From Octopus vulgaris (Eukaryota), in assembly GCA_951406725.2 (NCBI GenBank), contig OX597819.1, positions 88,102,001 to 88,166,000 on the forward strand: a DNA stretch of 64,000 nt. Reading direction: 5' to 3'. Below are positions 1 to 11,220 of this stretch, in pieces. The notes under the pieces are model-generated. The model was not told the origin of the DNA and did no database searches. It saw nothing but the letters and a program-made list of their open reading frames with translations. Position 1 is the stretch's first letter. Every line of letters starts with the position of its first letter. The position numbers were made by a program, and so were the translations under genes.

Positions 1-3000
1 GAATTACCTCCCTTTGCAGGTTTAGGGCACCGTGACGGTGTCGAGCCTTTCTGGTGACGTCGATGTTCGCCTGGGGCTAAATGCAACAGTAACACCCCCA
101 CCACCCTGCCCTGTCCCTAGCCATATTCAGATGGCTTTAGTCCCTTATGTTGTCGAGCAGTTACTGTCTATATTCCTTTTAGAGAATTATTATTGCTTTC
201 GAACAGATTTTCGAAATCAGCAAATTTATTTTGCTTGAAAATCTATATAAGAAAATCCTGCAGAGGGAGAATTCGTCGGGGAAGCGGAGGCCTACCACAC
301 GCCGATGATAGGCAATACACCTTGAAACCATGGTCCGTGTGTGGTTTCCGCTTCATCGGGGAATTACCTCCCTTTGCAGGTTTAGGGCACCGTGACGGTG
401 TCGAGCCTTTCTGGTGACGTCGATGTTCGCCTGGGGCTAAATGCAACAGTAACACCCCCACCACCCTGCCCTGTCCCTAGCCATATTCAGATGGCTTTAG
501 TCCCTTATGTTGTCGAGCAGTTACTGTCTATATTCCTTTTAGAGAATTATTATTGCTTTCGAACAGATTTTCGAAATCAGCAAATTTATTTTGCTTGAAA
601 ATCTATATAAGAAAATCCTGCAGAGGGAGAATTCGTCGGGGAAGCGGAGGCCTACCACACGCCGATGATAGGCAATACACCTTGAAACCATGGTCCGTGT
701 GTGGTTTCCGCTTCATCGGGGAATTACCTCCCTTTGCAGGTTTAGGGCACCGTGACGGTGTCGAGCCTTTCTGGTGACGTCGATGTTCGCCTGGGGCTAA
801 ATGCAACAGTAACACCCCCACCACCCTGCCCTGTCCCTAGCCATATTCAGATGGCTTTAGTCCCTTATGTTGTCGAGCAGTTACTGTCTATATTCCTTTT
901 AGAGAATTATTATTAGCTTTCGAACAGATTTTCGAAATCAGCAAATTTATTTTGCTTGAAAATCTATATAAGAAAATCCTGCAGAGGGAGAATTCGTCGG
1001 GGAAGCGGAGGCCTACCACACGCCGATGATAGGCAATACACCTTGAAACCATGGTCCGTGTGTGGTTTCCGCTTCATCGGGGAATTACCTCCCTTTGCAG
1101 GTTTAGGGCACCGTGACGGTGTCGAGCCTTTCTGGTGACGTCGATGTTCGCCTGGGGCTAAATGCAACAGTAACACCCCCACCACCCTGCCCTGTCCCTA
1201 GCCATATTCAGATGGCTTTAGTCCCTTATGTTGTCGAGCAGTTACTGTCTATATTCCTTTTAGAGAATTATTATTGCTTTCGAACAGATTTTCGAAATCA
1301 GCAAATTTATTTTGCTTGAAAATCTATATAAGAAAATCCTGCAGAGGGAGAATTCGTCGGGGAAGCGGAGGCCTACCACACGCCGATGATAGGCAATACA
1401 CCTTGAAACCATGGTCCGTGTGTGGTTTCCGCTTCATCGGGGAATTACCTCCCTTTGCAGGTTTAGGGCACCGTGACGGTGTCGAGCCTTTCTGGTGACG
1501 TCGATGTTCGCCTGGGGCTAAATGCAACAGTAACACCCCCACCACCCTGCCCTGTCCCTAGCCATATTCAGATGGCTTTAGTCCCTTATGTTGTCGAGCA
1601 GTTACTGTCTATATTCCTTTTAGAGAATTATTATTGCTTTCGAACAGATTTTCGAAATCAGCAAATTTATTTTGCTTGAAAATCTATATAAGAAAATCCT
1701 GCAGAGGGAGAATTCGTCGGGGAAGCGGAGGCCTACCACACGCCGATGATAGGCAATACACCTTGAAACCATGGTCCGTGTGTGGTTTCCGCTTCATCGG
1801 GGAATTACCTCCCTTTGCAGGTTTAGGGCACCGTGACGGTGTCGAGCCTTTCTGGTGACGTCGATGTTCGCCTGGGGCTAAATGCAACAGTAACACCCCC
1901 ACCACCCTGCCCTGTCCCTAGCCATATTCAGATGGCTTTAGTCCCTTATGTTGTCGAGCAGTTACTGTCTATATTCCTTTTAGAGAATTATTATTGCTTT
2001 CGAACAGATTTTCGAAATCAGCAAATTTATTTTGCTTGAAAATCTATATAAGAAAATCCTGCAGAGGGAGAATTCGTCGGGGAAGCGGAGGCCTACCACA
2101 CGCCGATGATAGGCAATACACCTTGAAACCATGGTCCGTGTGTGGTTTCCGCTTCATCGGGGAATTACCTCCCTTTGCAGGTTTAGGGCACCGTGACGGT
2201 GTCGAGCCTTTCTGGTGACGTCGATGTTCGCCTGGGGCTAAATGCAACAGTAACACCCCCACCACCCTGCCCTGTCCCTAGCCATATTCAGATGGCTTTA
2301 GTCCCTTATGTTGTCGAGCAGTTACTGTCTATATTCCTTTTAGAGAATTATTATTGCTTTCGAACAGATTTTCGAAATCAGCAAATTTATTTTGCTTGAA
2401 AATCTATATAAGAAAATCCTGCAGAGGGAGAATTCGTCGGGGAAGCGGAGGCCTACCACACGCCGATGATAGGCAATACACCTTGAAACCATGGTCCGTG
2501 TGTGGTTTCCGCTTCATCGGGGAATTACCTCCCTTTGCAGGTTTAGGGCACCGTGACGGTGTCGAGCCTTTCTGGTGACGTCGATGTTCGCCTGGGGCTA
2601 AATGCAACAGTAACACCCCCACCACCCTGCCCTGTCCCTAGCCATATTCAGATGGCTTTAGTCCCTTATGTTGTCGAGCAGTTACTGTCTATATTCCTTT
2701 TAGAGAATTATTATTGCTTTCGAACAGATTTTCGAAATCAGCAAATTTATTTTGCTTGAAAATCTATATAAGAAAATCCTGCAGAGGGAGAATTCGTCGA
2801 GGAAGCGGAGGCCTACCACACGCCGATGATAGGCAATACACCTTGAAACCATGGTCCGTGTGTGGTTTCCGCTTCATCGGGGAATTACCTCCCTTTGCAG
2901 GTTTAGGGCACCGTGACGGTGTCGAGCCTTTCTGGTGACGTCGATGTTCGCCTGGGGCTAAATGCAACAGTAACACCCCCACCACCCTGCCCTGTCCCTA

Positions 3001-4518
3001 GCCATATTCAGATGGCTTTAGTCCCTTATGTTGTCGAGCAGTTACTGTCTATATTCCTTTTAGAGAATTATTATTGCTTTCGAACAGATTTTCGAAATCA
3101 GCAAATTTATTTTGCTTGAAAATCTATATAAGAAAATCCTGCAGAGGGAGAATTCGTCGGGGAAGCGGAGGCCTACCACACGCCGATGATAGGCAATACA
3201 CCTTGAAACCATGGTCCGTGTGTGGTTTCCGCTTCATCGGGGAATTACCTCCCTTTGCAGGTTTAGGGCACCGTGACGGTGTCGAGCCTTTCTGGTGACG
3301 TCGATGTTCGCCTGGGGCTAAATGCAACAGTAACACCCCCACCACCCTGCCCTGTCCCTAGCCATATTCAGATGGCTTTAGTCCCTTATGTTGTCGAGCA
3401 GTTACTGTCTATATTCCTTTTAGAGAATTATTATTGCTTTCGAACAGATTTTCGAAATCAGCAAATTTATTTTGCTTGAAAATCTATATAAGAAAATCCT
3501 GCAGAGGGAGAATTCGTCGGGGAAGCGGAGGCCTACCACACGCCGATGATAGGCAATACACCTTGAAACCATGGTCCGTGTGTGGTTTCCGCTTCATCGG
3601 GGAATTACCTCCCTTTGCAGGTTTAGGGCACCGTGACGGTGTCGAGCCTTTCTGGTGACGTCGATGTTCGCCTGGGGCTAAATGCAACAGTAACACCCCC
3701 ACCACCCTGCCCTGTCCCTAGCCATATTCAGATGGCTTTAGTCCCTTATGTTGTCGAGCAGTTACTGTCTATATTCCTTTTAGAGAATTATTATTGCTTT
3801 CGAACAGATTTTCGAAATCAGCAAATTTATTTTGCTTGAAAATCTATATAAGAAAATCCTGCAGAGGGAGAATTCGTCGGGGAAGCGGAAGCCTACCACA
3901 CGCCGATGATAGGCAATACACCTTGAAACCATGGTCCGTGTGTGGTTTCCGCTTCATCGGGGAATTACCTCCCTTTGCAGGTTTAGGGCACCGTGACGGT
4001 GTCGAGCCTTTCTGGTGACGTCGATGTTCGCCTGGGGCTAAATGCAACAGTAACACCCCCACCACCCTGCCCTGTCCCTAGCCATATTCAGATGGCTTTA
4101 GTCCCTTATGTTGTCGAGCAGTTACTGTCTATATTCCTTTTAGAGAATTATTATTGCTTTCGAACAGATTTTCGAAATCAGCAAATTTATTTTGCTTGAA
4201 AATCTATATAAGAAAATCCTGCAGAGGGAGAATTCGTCGGGGAAGCGGAGGCCTACCACACGCCGATGATAGGCAATACACCTTGAAACCATGGTCCGTG
4301 TGTGGTTTCCGCTTCATCGGGGAATTACCTCCCTTTGCAGGTTTAGGGCACCGTGACGGTGTCGAGCCTTTCTGGTGACGTCGATGTTCGCCTGGGGCTA
4401 AATGCAACAGTAACACCCCCACCACCCTGCCCTGTCCCTAGCCATATTCAGATGGCTTTAGTCCCTTATGTTGTCGAGCAGTTACTGTCTATATTCCTTT
4501 TAGAGAATTATTATTGCT
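1..4518 (+). repeat. Tandem array of a 360-bp GC/CpG-rich unit (~12.5 copies, open at the left edge); retrozyme-like satellite
   Basis: Exact 360-bp periodicity. Only three differences seen: a 1-bp insertion near 915, G>A at 2800 and G>A at 3890. The array stops at 4518 and abuts a (TA)n tract. Confidence 0.99.
291..345 (+). ncRNA. Type I hammerhead ribozyme, first copy (cores also at 662, 1023, 1383, 1743, 2103, 2463, 2823, 3183, 3543, 3903, 4263)
   Basis: Stem I CACACG(296-301)/CGUGUG(336-341) with a 5' UAC bulge. Core CCGAUGA(302-308). Stem II AGG/CCU with a CAAUACA loop. GAAA(324-327). Short palindromic stem III ACCAUGGU(327-334). GUC triplet 333-335, predicted cut between 335 and 336. 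Confidence 0.88.
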
Positions 4519-4565
4519 ATATATATATATATATATATATTGATAGATAGATAGATAGATAGATA
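4518..4565. repeat. (TA)n followed by (GATA)n microsatellite at the array junction
   Basis: Direct reading of the sequence. Confidence 0.95.
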
Positions 4566-6132
4566 AAGAGGGAAATAAATGAACGGGCACATTTAACAAT
4601 TCATTTCATTACAATGGAAGAGGAAAGAAGGCAGAGAGAGAGAGAGAGTAGAAGGGATGTTGAAGGGAATATTGAAATGCCAATGCCTAAATATGAATAG
4701 TTATCCCCACACAAACATAGTGAAATAATAAAAGAAAGCATTTTTGGAAGGAGATCAATGGAAAATGATATACCTTATAAGGAAAATGGAAGCTTAGGTG
4801 AGAGTAAAGGGGGGAAGCCAGGCAGTACTAGTAGTGGTAGTAGTGATTCATTAGTCATCAGCCATATTGGAAAAGACTGAATCACATGGGTCTTCGGTTC
4901 ACTCTTCTCTTCTAAGGCTTTAGCATTCATCACAAGACTTCTGGGGATAACTTGATGTATTTGTCATGTCTCAAGATTGGAGAACAATAGAACAACTTCT
5001 CATTAGGGTAAATTTACCGAAGTGTGTTTTCTGCATCTGCAGCTGAAGCATGCGTTCTTGTGTGCATGTGTGAATGCAAATGTGAACTCATGTGCATGTG
5101 TGTGTATGCATGTGTGTGTGTGTGTGTGTGCACGTGCTTTTGCTAAAGACTTATTTGGCATTTAACACGTAAGTAAAATGTAGTCACTCTATAGCATATG
5201 TGATGCATCATATATTCAATATATGCTGTTTAAAAGTACATATGTATAGTAGAAATGTGCTGCTATACAAAATTGATACAAAAGCTAGAATGAGAGAGAG
5301 AGTGTGTGTGTGTCTGTGTGTGTGATATACATGTGCTGATATGTGTGTATGTGCGTGCATGCTAATATATGAGTTTATGAATACTGGTGCATGTGTAATT
5401 ATGTGCTGTTGTATGTATATGAGCTGGTGTGTATGTTCATGTATGCATGCGCTGATGTATATCTGTGCATGCACATCTGTGTGGACAGCTATTATCAAGT
5501 TATAGTCATGTAACTTCCACAGAAAGTTTCTGTAGAGATGAGAGATAGCTAATTGCCTTTCAACTGAACATGTATAACTTTTTAGAGAGTAAGACAAGGT
5601 ATAAATTCAAAATGTATTTCGTAGATTAGAATTTATATCTTACCTTATTCTGTAAAAAAAAAAAAATAAATAAAAATAAAAAATATATCCATTTGAAAAG
5701 TGATTAGCTATTTCTTTCTCAATTTAATTTATTTGGTAGATGGTAAAAATAATGATAAAAAATAAACATCCTAACAGGGTTTCCAAACCTGGTGCAATGT
5801 ACAAAGCACCTATGTATAAATCTGATAAATAATGATAATCCAATTTTTGAGAAAAAGTTGGACGACCAGCTAAGAGTCTCAATAATTCATTTCCTATCAC
5901 TAGCATTACAATGTGTCTATGATCAAAATATTAAGCTTTCCATAACCCAGTTCTTCTATCTACAAGGTAGATAATGCAGAACATTCATAATTCACAGTTG
6001 TAGCATTGTAAAACTGACTGGCGATTTGTTGACTCACAACGAGTTCAATTTTATCTGCAGGAAAATGTTACTCACGATAGATTTGGCATCCTACCCAGAA
6101 AGAGATTGTCTCATTAAGCTTAATGATTTGGA

Positions 6133-6171
6133 AACCAGAGATAAATACCAGTCTGGTATTTATCTCTGGTT
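6133..6171. repeat. Perfect inverted repeat (19-bp arms, 1-nt spacer) followed by a short direct duplication
   Basis: AACCAGAGATAAATACCAG-T-CTGGTATTTATCTCTGGTT, then TTTATCTCTGGTTATG is repeated. Confidence 0.9.
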
Positions 6172-6699
6172 ATGTTTATCTCTGGTTATGTGAAAAAGAA
6201 ATGGGGTCACATTTTAAACAAAGACCACAAATGCCATTACTAAAATATTGGTATAAAATTATATATTTTTTCCTTTTAGAGATAAATACATTCTATACAG
6301 ATATTTGAAAATATCTGGCTAATGCTGTAAAAGTATTATTAACATAAACTGATGGTATGATGGGTGCAGGAGGGTGGGGTTGCTAATAGGAGAGATATAC
6401 AAGACTCTTTGGAAGTATAGAATAGGTAATAAGCATGTAAAGGGATTTAAAAAGATAATAGAAAAACTGACAGGTCAACCACTGACTGGATGGATTAAAA
6501 AATCCACTATGATTTAATCTCAGAAATTCAGAAAATTACAAAGCATATACAAGCCAAAACTTGAAATTTAAGCTTACCAGCAATTGAAATTTTTTTATTA
6601 CTATTATGTATTTTGTCCTACTGTAGAATTAAACTTAAATTTCACACCATTTATGTTGAAAACTTTTGATATAAAACCTAAGATATATATATATAGCAC

Positions 6700-6908
6700 C
6701 ATCCAATGGTGGCTGTTGCCAGCCTCGCCTGGCACCTAAAAAGCACCCACTACACTCACGGAGTGATTGGTGTTAGGAAGGGCATCCAGCCGTAGAAACA
6801 TTGCCAGATCAGACTGGGCCTGGTGCAGCCTTCAGGCTTCCCTACCCCAGTTGAACCGTCCAACCCATGCTAGCATGGAAAGCGGACGCTGAATGATGAT
6901 AATGATGA
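6700..6908 (+). mobile_element. 3' end of an RTE-like LINE with an (ATG)n tail (5'-truncated)
   Basis: Matches the 3' UTR of the longer copy at 38911-39863 (ggaagggcatccagc...ccaacccatgctagcatggaaa...tgatgat). Similar pieces at about 15316-15445, 16290-16480, 17220-17405, 19858-20012, 22236-22333 and 52357-52485. Confidence 0.75.
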
Positions 6909-6912
6909 TATA

Positions 6913-7100
6913 GGCAAATAAAAAAATACGAATAACAAAACAACAAAAGTCAAAAGGACATACACATGGAACATATTAGCTTGATGCCCTGTATAAGATG
7001 GAAAAAAAGAGAGGATGTTTAACGTTTTGAGCATGGTTTTTCAGTAGAAAGAAGAGAAAGGAAAGGTCTGGAGAATGAGAAGTCCAGGAAAACACGTGTT
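6913..7100 (-). mobile_element. Dispersed Penelope pLTR-like repeat with a decayed minimal hammerhead (copy A)
   Basis: Homologous to 19270-19470 and 48485-48685. The minus strand reads ...ccatGCTC-AAAACGTT near 7018-7050. Confidence 0.5.
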
Positions 7101-9958
7101 ATAATGAAGAAGACAGAATTAAAGCTGATATGAAATGTACATGTGTTGATGTATGCATGTGTATGTACTTATGTCTAAAACAACTGCTATTGCTGATAAA
7201 TCCATGATAAATGGACCTAGCCAAAAGAAAAAACAACACTGTAACCATGGAGAATGTATTTAGATCTAGTATAGCACCAAGTATAATGACTTGTCGTATT
7301 ATTACTGTACATGATGACTGTGATATCAGGCATCATCCCTCTCACACATAATCATGTTTAGCAATCCACCCTTTACTGTCAATGTCCAACAGAAAGGTAA
7401 GAGTGGTTCATTATTGTTGGTGGTAAAGAGATTACATACTTGACAAGACTTTTGTAGAAATGTAGCTGCAGGAGGAGATAAAAGCTCTTGAAAGAAGGAA
7501 TTATTGTTACAAAAGCAATCACCAGCAAACAATTTGACAATACTGTGCCTCAAAGATGAGATAGATTGTTATAGTATCATCTGTAATATCATTAAATAGA
7601 ATTGCAGACCTATCAAAATTATATTATTATGGAAAAAAAAAAAAAATAAATGTTATGGTAATGATGATGATGATGAAATAGTATTTTTGAATACTTTGCA
7701 AACCATACCAACTACTTCTTTAAAAATCAAATCAGCAAAATTGCAAACTCGAGATTAAATCTATGTTCTTTGTCCTTTGAAAAACTGAAGCCTTACCAAA
7801 TTACAGTGAAAAATATAAAACAAAAAAAACACTTGACAGACTAGTTTAAACAACATTAAAGAAAACAAAAATGTATAATGACTGAAGAAAAAGTTTCTAA
7901 ACATCTTTTATCAGTGTAAGATAATATTCATAAATTTGTTTAGTCATATTACAATGGTGCCATAATTATGGAGTCATTGTTTAATGTTTCATAAACATAA
8001 ACCATATCCTTATAATTTCAAAAGATTATAAAGGTGAGGGGTAGGGTGCACATTAGTTAAATAAATTTATCAGTAGCTGTTGCAAGCCAGCATAGTAATT
8101 AATTCAAAACAAGTATTAATGAATATTCAATAAGCTTGCTCATTCGTGCACACACACAATATAGTGTTGTGTTAATTTTTTTCCAATGATTGATCAACCA
8201 GTCTTCTAAAGAAAAAAAAAGTTTCTGAGAGAAATGTAAATTACAAAAAGGAAAATCACCATCATTACTGTTGCTTTAATATCAGGTTTTTCTTATTGAA
8301 GTGGGTTGACTAGGTCTGTAACAGCATTTCTCTATTTTTCCTATATGAGAGGTTCAACATTTTAACATCTGACTACACAATTTCTTCACAAGACTTAATT
8401 CATCTCCATTATGATTTACAATCTACTAACAACAAACATATGTCTATTCCAGTACAGCTGCCTTTAAGGTTTACACTGATCAATGCTTGAGATGTCCATC
8501 AGCATTTACCATACACTAGCCTTTTCATAAGTTATGTTAGCAAATTTTATAGGTCATACTCAGCTTATTCCTTTTCAGGTTAATGTAAATCCACAATAGT
8601 TTTTTCTTGTGTTCTATTCACATACAATAGTCACACATCATCCACTCAGCTCATGTAGCCAACTATTTTATTCTATTATCAACAGAGGTCATAGTTCTCT
8701 AACCCATCATATTATCTTTGCAGATGCTTACAAATACAACAGAGGGAAATGAACTAGAAACAGAGAAAGAGATGGGAAGTGAGGGGGTTAGCAAAAAACA
8801 AAGGTTATCTATAAAACAAACTCTTTAGAGTAAGAGTCAAAGCTAGAACATGACATATAGACAATCAGATGATCTAAAAAAACTCAACTTACTTTACATC
8901 TCACTCAAATGTATATACATAGGTATGTATGTATTTATGCTTTCCATACATCCATACATATACACTCATTTAGTGATTTTTCACACCTTAGGGTATTTTT
9001 GTTTGAACAGTCACAAGTTCAAAATATCCAACAACCATTGTCATACACAATATTATGGGATAGGTATGATTTTACTAGCCTCATCTGCTTAGCTTAAAAT
9101 AGCTGTCACTCCCAGTATAAAACAATTCAAAAGCAAATAATATAATTTAAAATGGAAGAATTTTTAAAAAGATACACTATATGGCCTGTTTATAGAACTG
9201 GTCAAATAGTAATGTCAGAGTACACTTTCCAAAATGACAGGCAGATATACTTAAAATGTAATTATATCACAGACTTCACCTCTTTTCAATTGAATTACTA
9301 GTTCTGAAATTACTTTGATCCTAAAATGTCAACTTTAAAAGGTTTTGAATTTTAAAACCACAAGGTCAAAGTAAAATAACCAGATAGATGCTTTTACTAC
9401 AAAAGTAATATCAAATACTAAGCAAGTATGTGAGAAGCATGAATACTTACTTATGCCTGTTCACGCAAGTATGTCACATGCTATGCCATTTTGTAAAGAT
9501 GAAGTCAAAAATGTATATTACATTTGAGGTATTTTGTCATAGCACAGTAACTGACATCTAATTTGACATACTTCATTTACCTAGCTACAATATTTGTGAC
9601 AATCCTTTCCAACAATGTTACTAAGTAATGATTTCTAACTTAGGTACAAGGCCAGCTATTTTGAAAGAAAGGGATTAATTGATACATCAACTTCAGTCCT
9701 TGACTTTCATCAACACCTGAGAGATGAAAGGTAAAGGTGACCATGGCATCTTTGGAAACAGAATTTTAAAGAGCCAGAAGAAATACTGCATAGCATTCCC
9801 TTTCCCTGAAGTTTCAATAATTCTACCTCTCTAATCTGGCAAACAATAAATGATCTAGATATAGGAAATGGTATTAGTGAGGTAAGTGAACTCAGCAGAC
9901 TAGTGACTAGAGTTTCATTGATGCTATACCTCATTCTCAGTCCTTCCTTATGCTAGAT

Positions 9959-10238
9959 CAGTAGTTCTCAATGTGGGTGGTATTGCCCCCCTGGGGGCAG
10001 TGGTGGAAAGTTCCAAGAGGGTGTTGAAGAAAAGTGGAGCCATAATGGGGTAGAGATTCATGTAAAAACAACAGAATAATGGATTCATTAGGTTGAGCTT
10101 TATTTGTGAAATGCAGTTGCTTTGAATTTGCTTCAGAAAGAGGTCTATGCTTGTGATTATTAGTTGGGGTATGGGTGCTAGGAATATGGCCAGGGTGTCA
10201 AGAGGGTGGAAGCCAGAAAATGTTTGGAAACCACACTG
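9959..10238. mobile_element. hAT/Charlie-like MITE
   Basis: Ends CAGTAGTTCTCAA...TTGGAAACCACACTG resemble CAGTGGTTCTCAA-type TIRs. Confidence 0.6.
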
Positions 10239-10766
10239 TTAGAGTTTCATTCCCAAACCTATTTTTACAGAAACCTAAGACAATTTTAAAAAGAATTTTT
10301 TTTAAATCACACATGTGCTTTATGAACAACTCCTGCTGACCCTAATTCTAATAAGACAAATATAATACACCATTTTTTATTTTTATCACACTAATTTTAT
10401 CGACCCCCAAAAGGATGAAGGCAAAGTTGACCTTAGCAGAAGTGAAACAGAAACAGTGCATGTGATTTTACTAGCAAAATGACCCTCTTATGGTTCAACA
10501 ATATCTATTCCAACATATGATTTCACTTCAAGAATCTAGCAAGACAAATACAAAAGCAAAATTTTTATTAGATTTTATTAAGACACCTCAACTTGAGGAA
10601 CTTCACAACCTTTTTTTCTTAGAACTCTCTTTGAGAAATAATGCTTTAAGGTATTATTTAAGTGAATTCTTCACTAAAGATAACACATTTTGAACAGGTA
10701 CCCATACTCACTCCACAAAATTTGCACCCTACAATGTAAGTGACATCTACTTTTAGAAACACTACT

Positions 10767-11220
10767 TTAACCCTTTTGCTACCAGATTTCTACTGAAATG
10801 CACTGCATTTGTTTCAATTAATTTTGAAAATGAAGAATTTTGTAAAGTAACTTCATTATTAAGCTGGTGTTTGGAATATAAAATAAGTTTTGATCAGAGA
10901 TTTTCATTTGAATCATTTTAACACTAGTATTTAAACCAGGTATATCTAACCTAAATATCCAACCTGTTGTAAGTTCAAACCAGCCAGATTCAACCTCTTA
11001 CACCTACCCGACAATGTCATTCTAAAAATAAACAATGACATCATTGAAATTTTGAAGCTACAAGATAATGCATAATTAATTCAAAACAACGTGAATAAAT
11101 AAATATTGCAATTGACAGAGTAATCTGAATGTTAATGGGTTAAAACAAGAAGGTTTATATCATAGGACCAAACCAGGTCTTGGGCAGTGTGACATCAAAA
11201 TGGTTAGAAGGGCATTTAAT
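10767..11220. mobile_element. Nested TTAA-flanked (piggyBac-like) MITEs
   Basis: Starts TTAA-CCCTTTTG. An internal piece ends ...AATGGG-TTAA at 11143 and recurs at about 35790-36000. Confidence 0.55.

Noticed and set aside
88-140. Twister-like words TAACAC...TGCC.TGTCCCTAGCC in the unit
   Set aside because: The P4 stem and the downstream AGGG pseudoknot partner are missing.
325-365. Antisense hammerhead-like string CCGATGA-AGCG-GAAA-CCA on the minus strand
   Set aside because: There is no stem II, and the flanks (AATTCC / TCAAGG) cannot form stem I. This is not evidence of an ambisense ribozyme pair.
1-4518. Array as CRISPR, 5S rDNA, tRNA or snRNA repeat
   Set aside because: No variable spacers or cas genes, and no recognisable 5S, tRNA or U-snRNA sequence.
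32-4550. Repeated 60-74 aa ORFs in the tandem array
   Set aside because: Short overlapping frames with no recognisable domain, some broken by the 915 insertion. The unit is better explained as structured RNA.
7326-7553. 75-aa non-repetitive ORF
   Set aside because: No domain, no convincing splice sites, and an ORF of this length is expected by chance.
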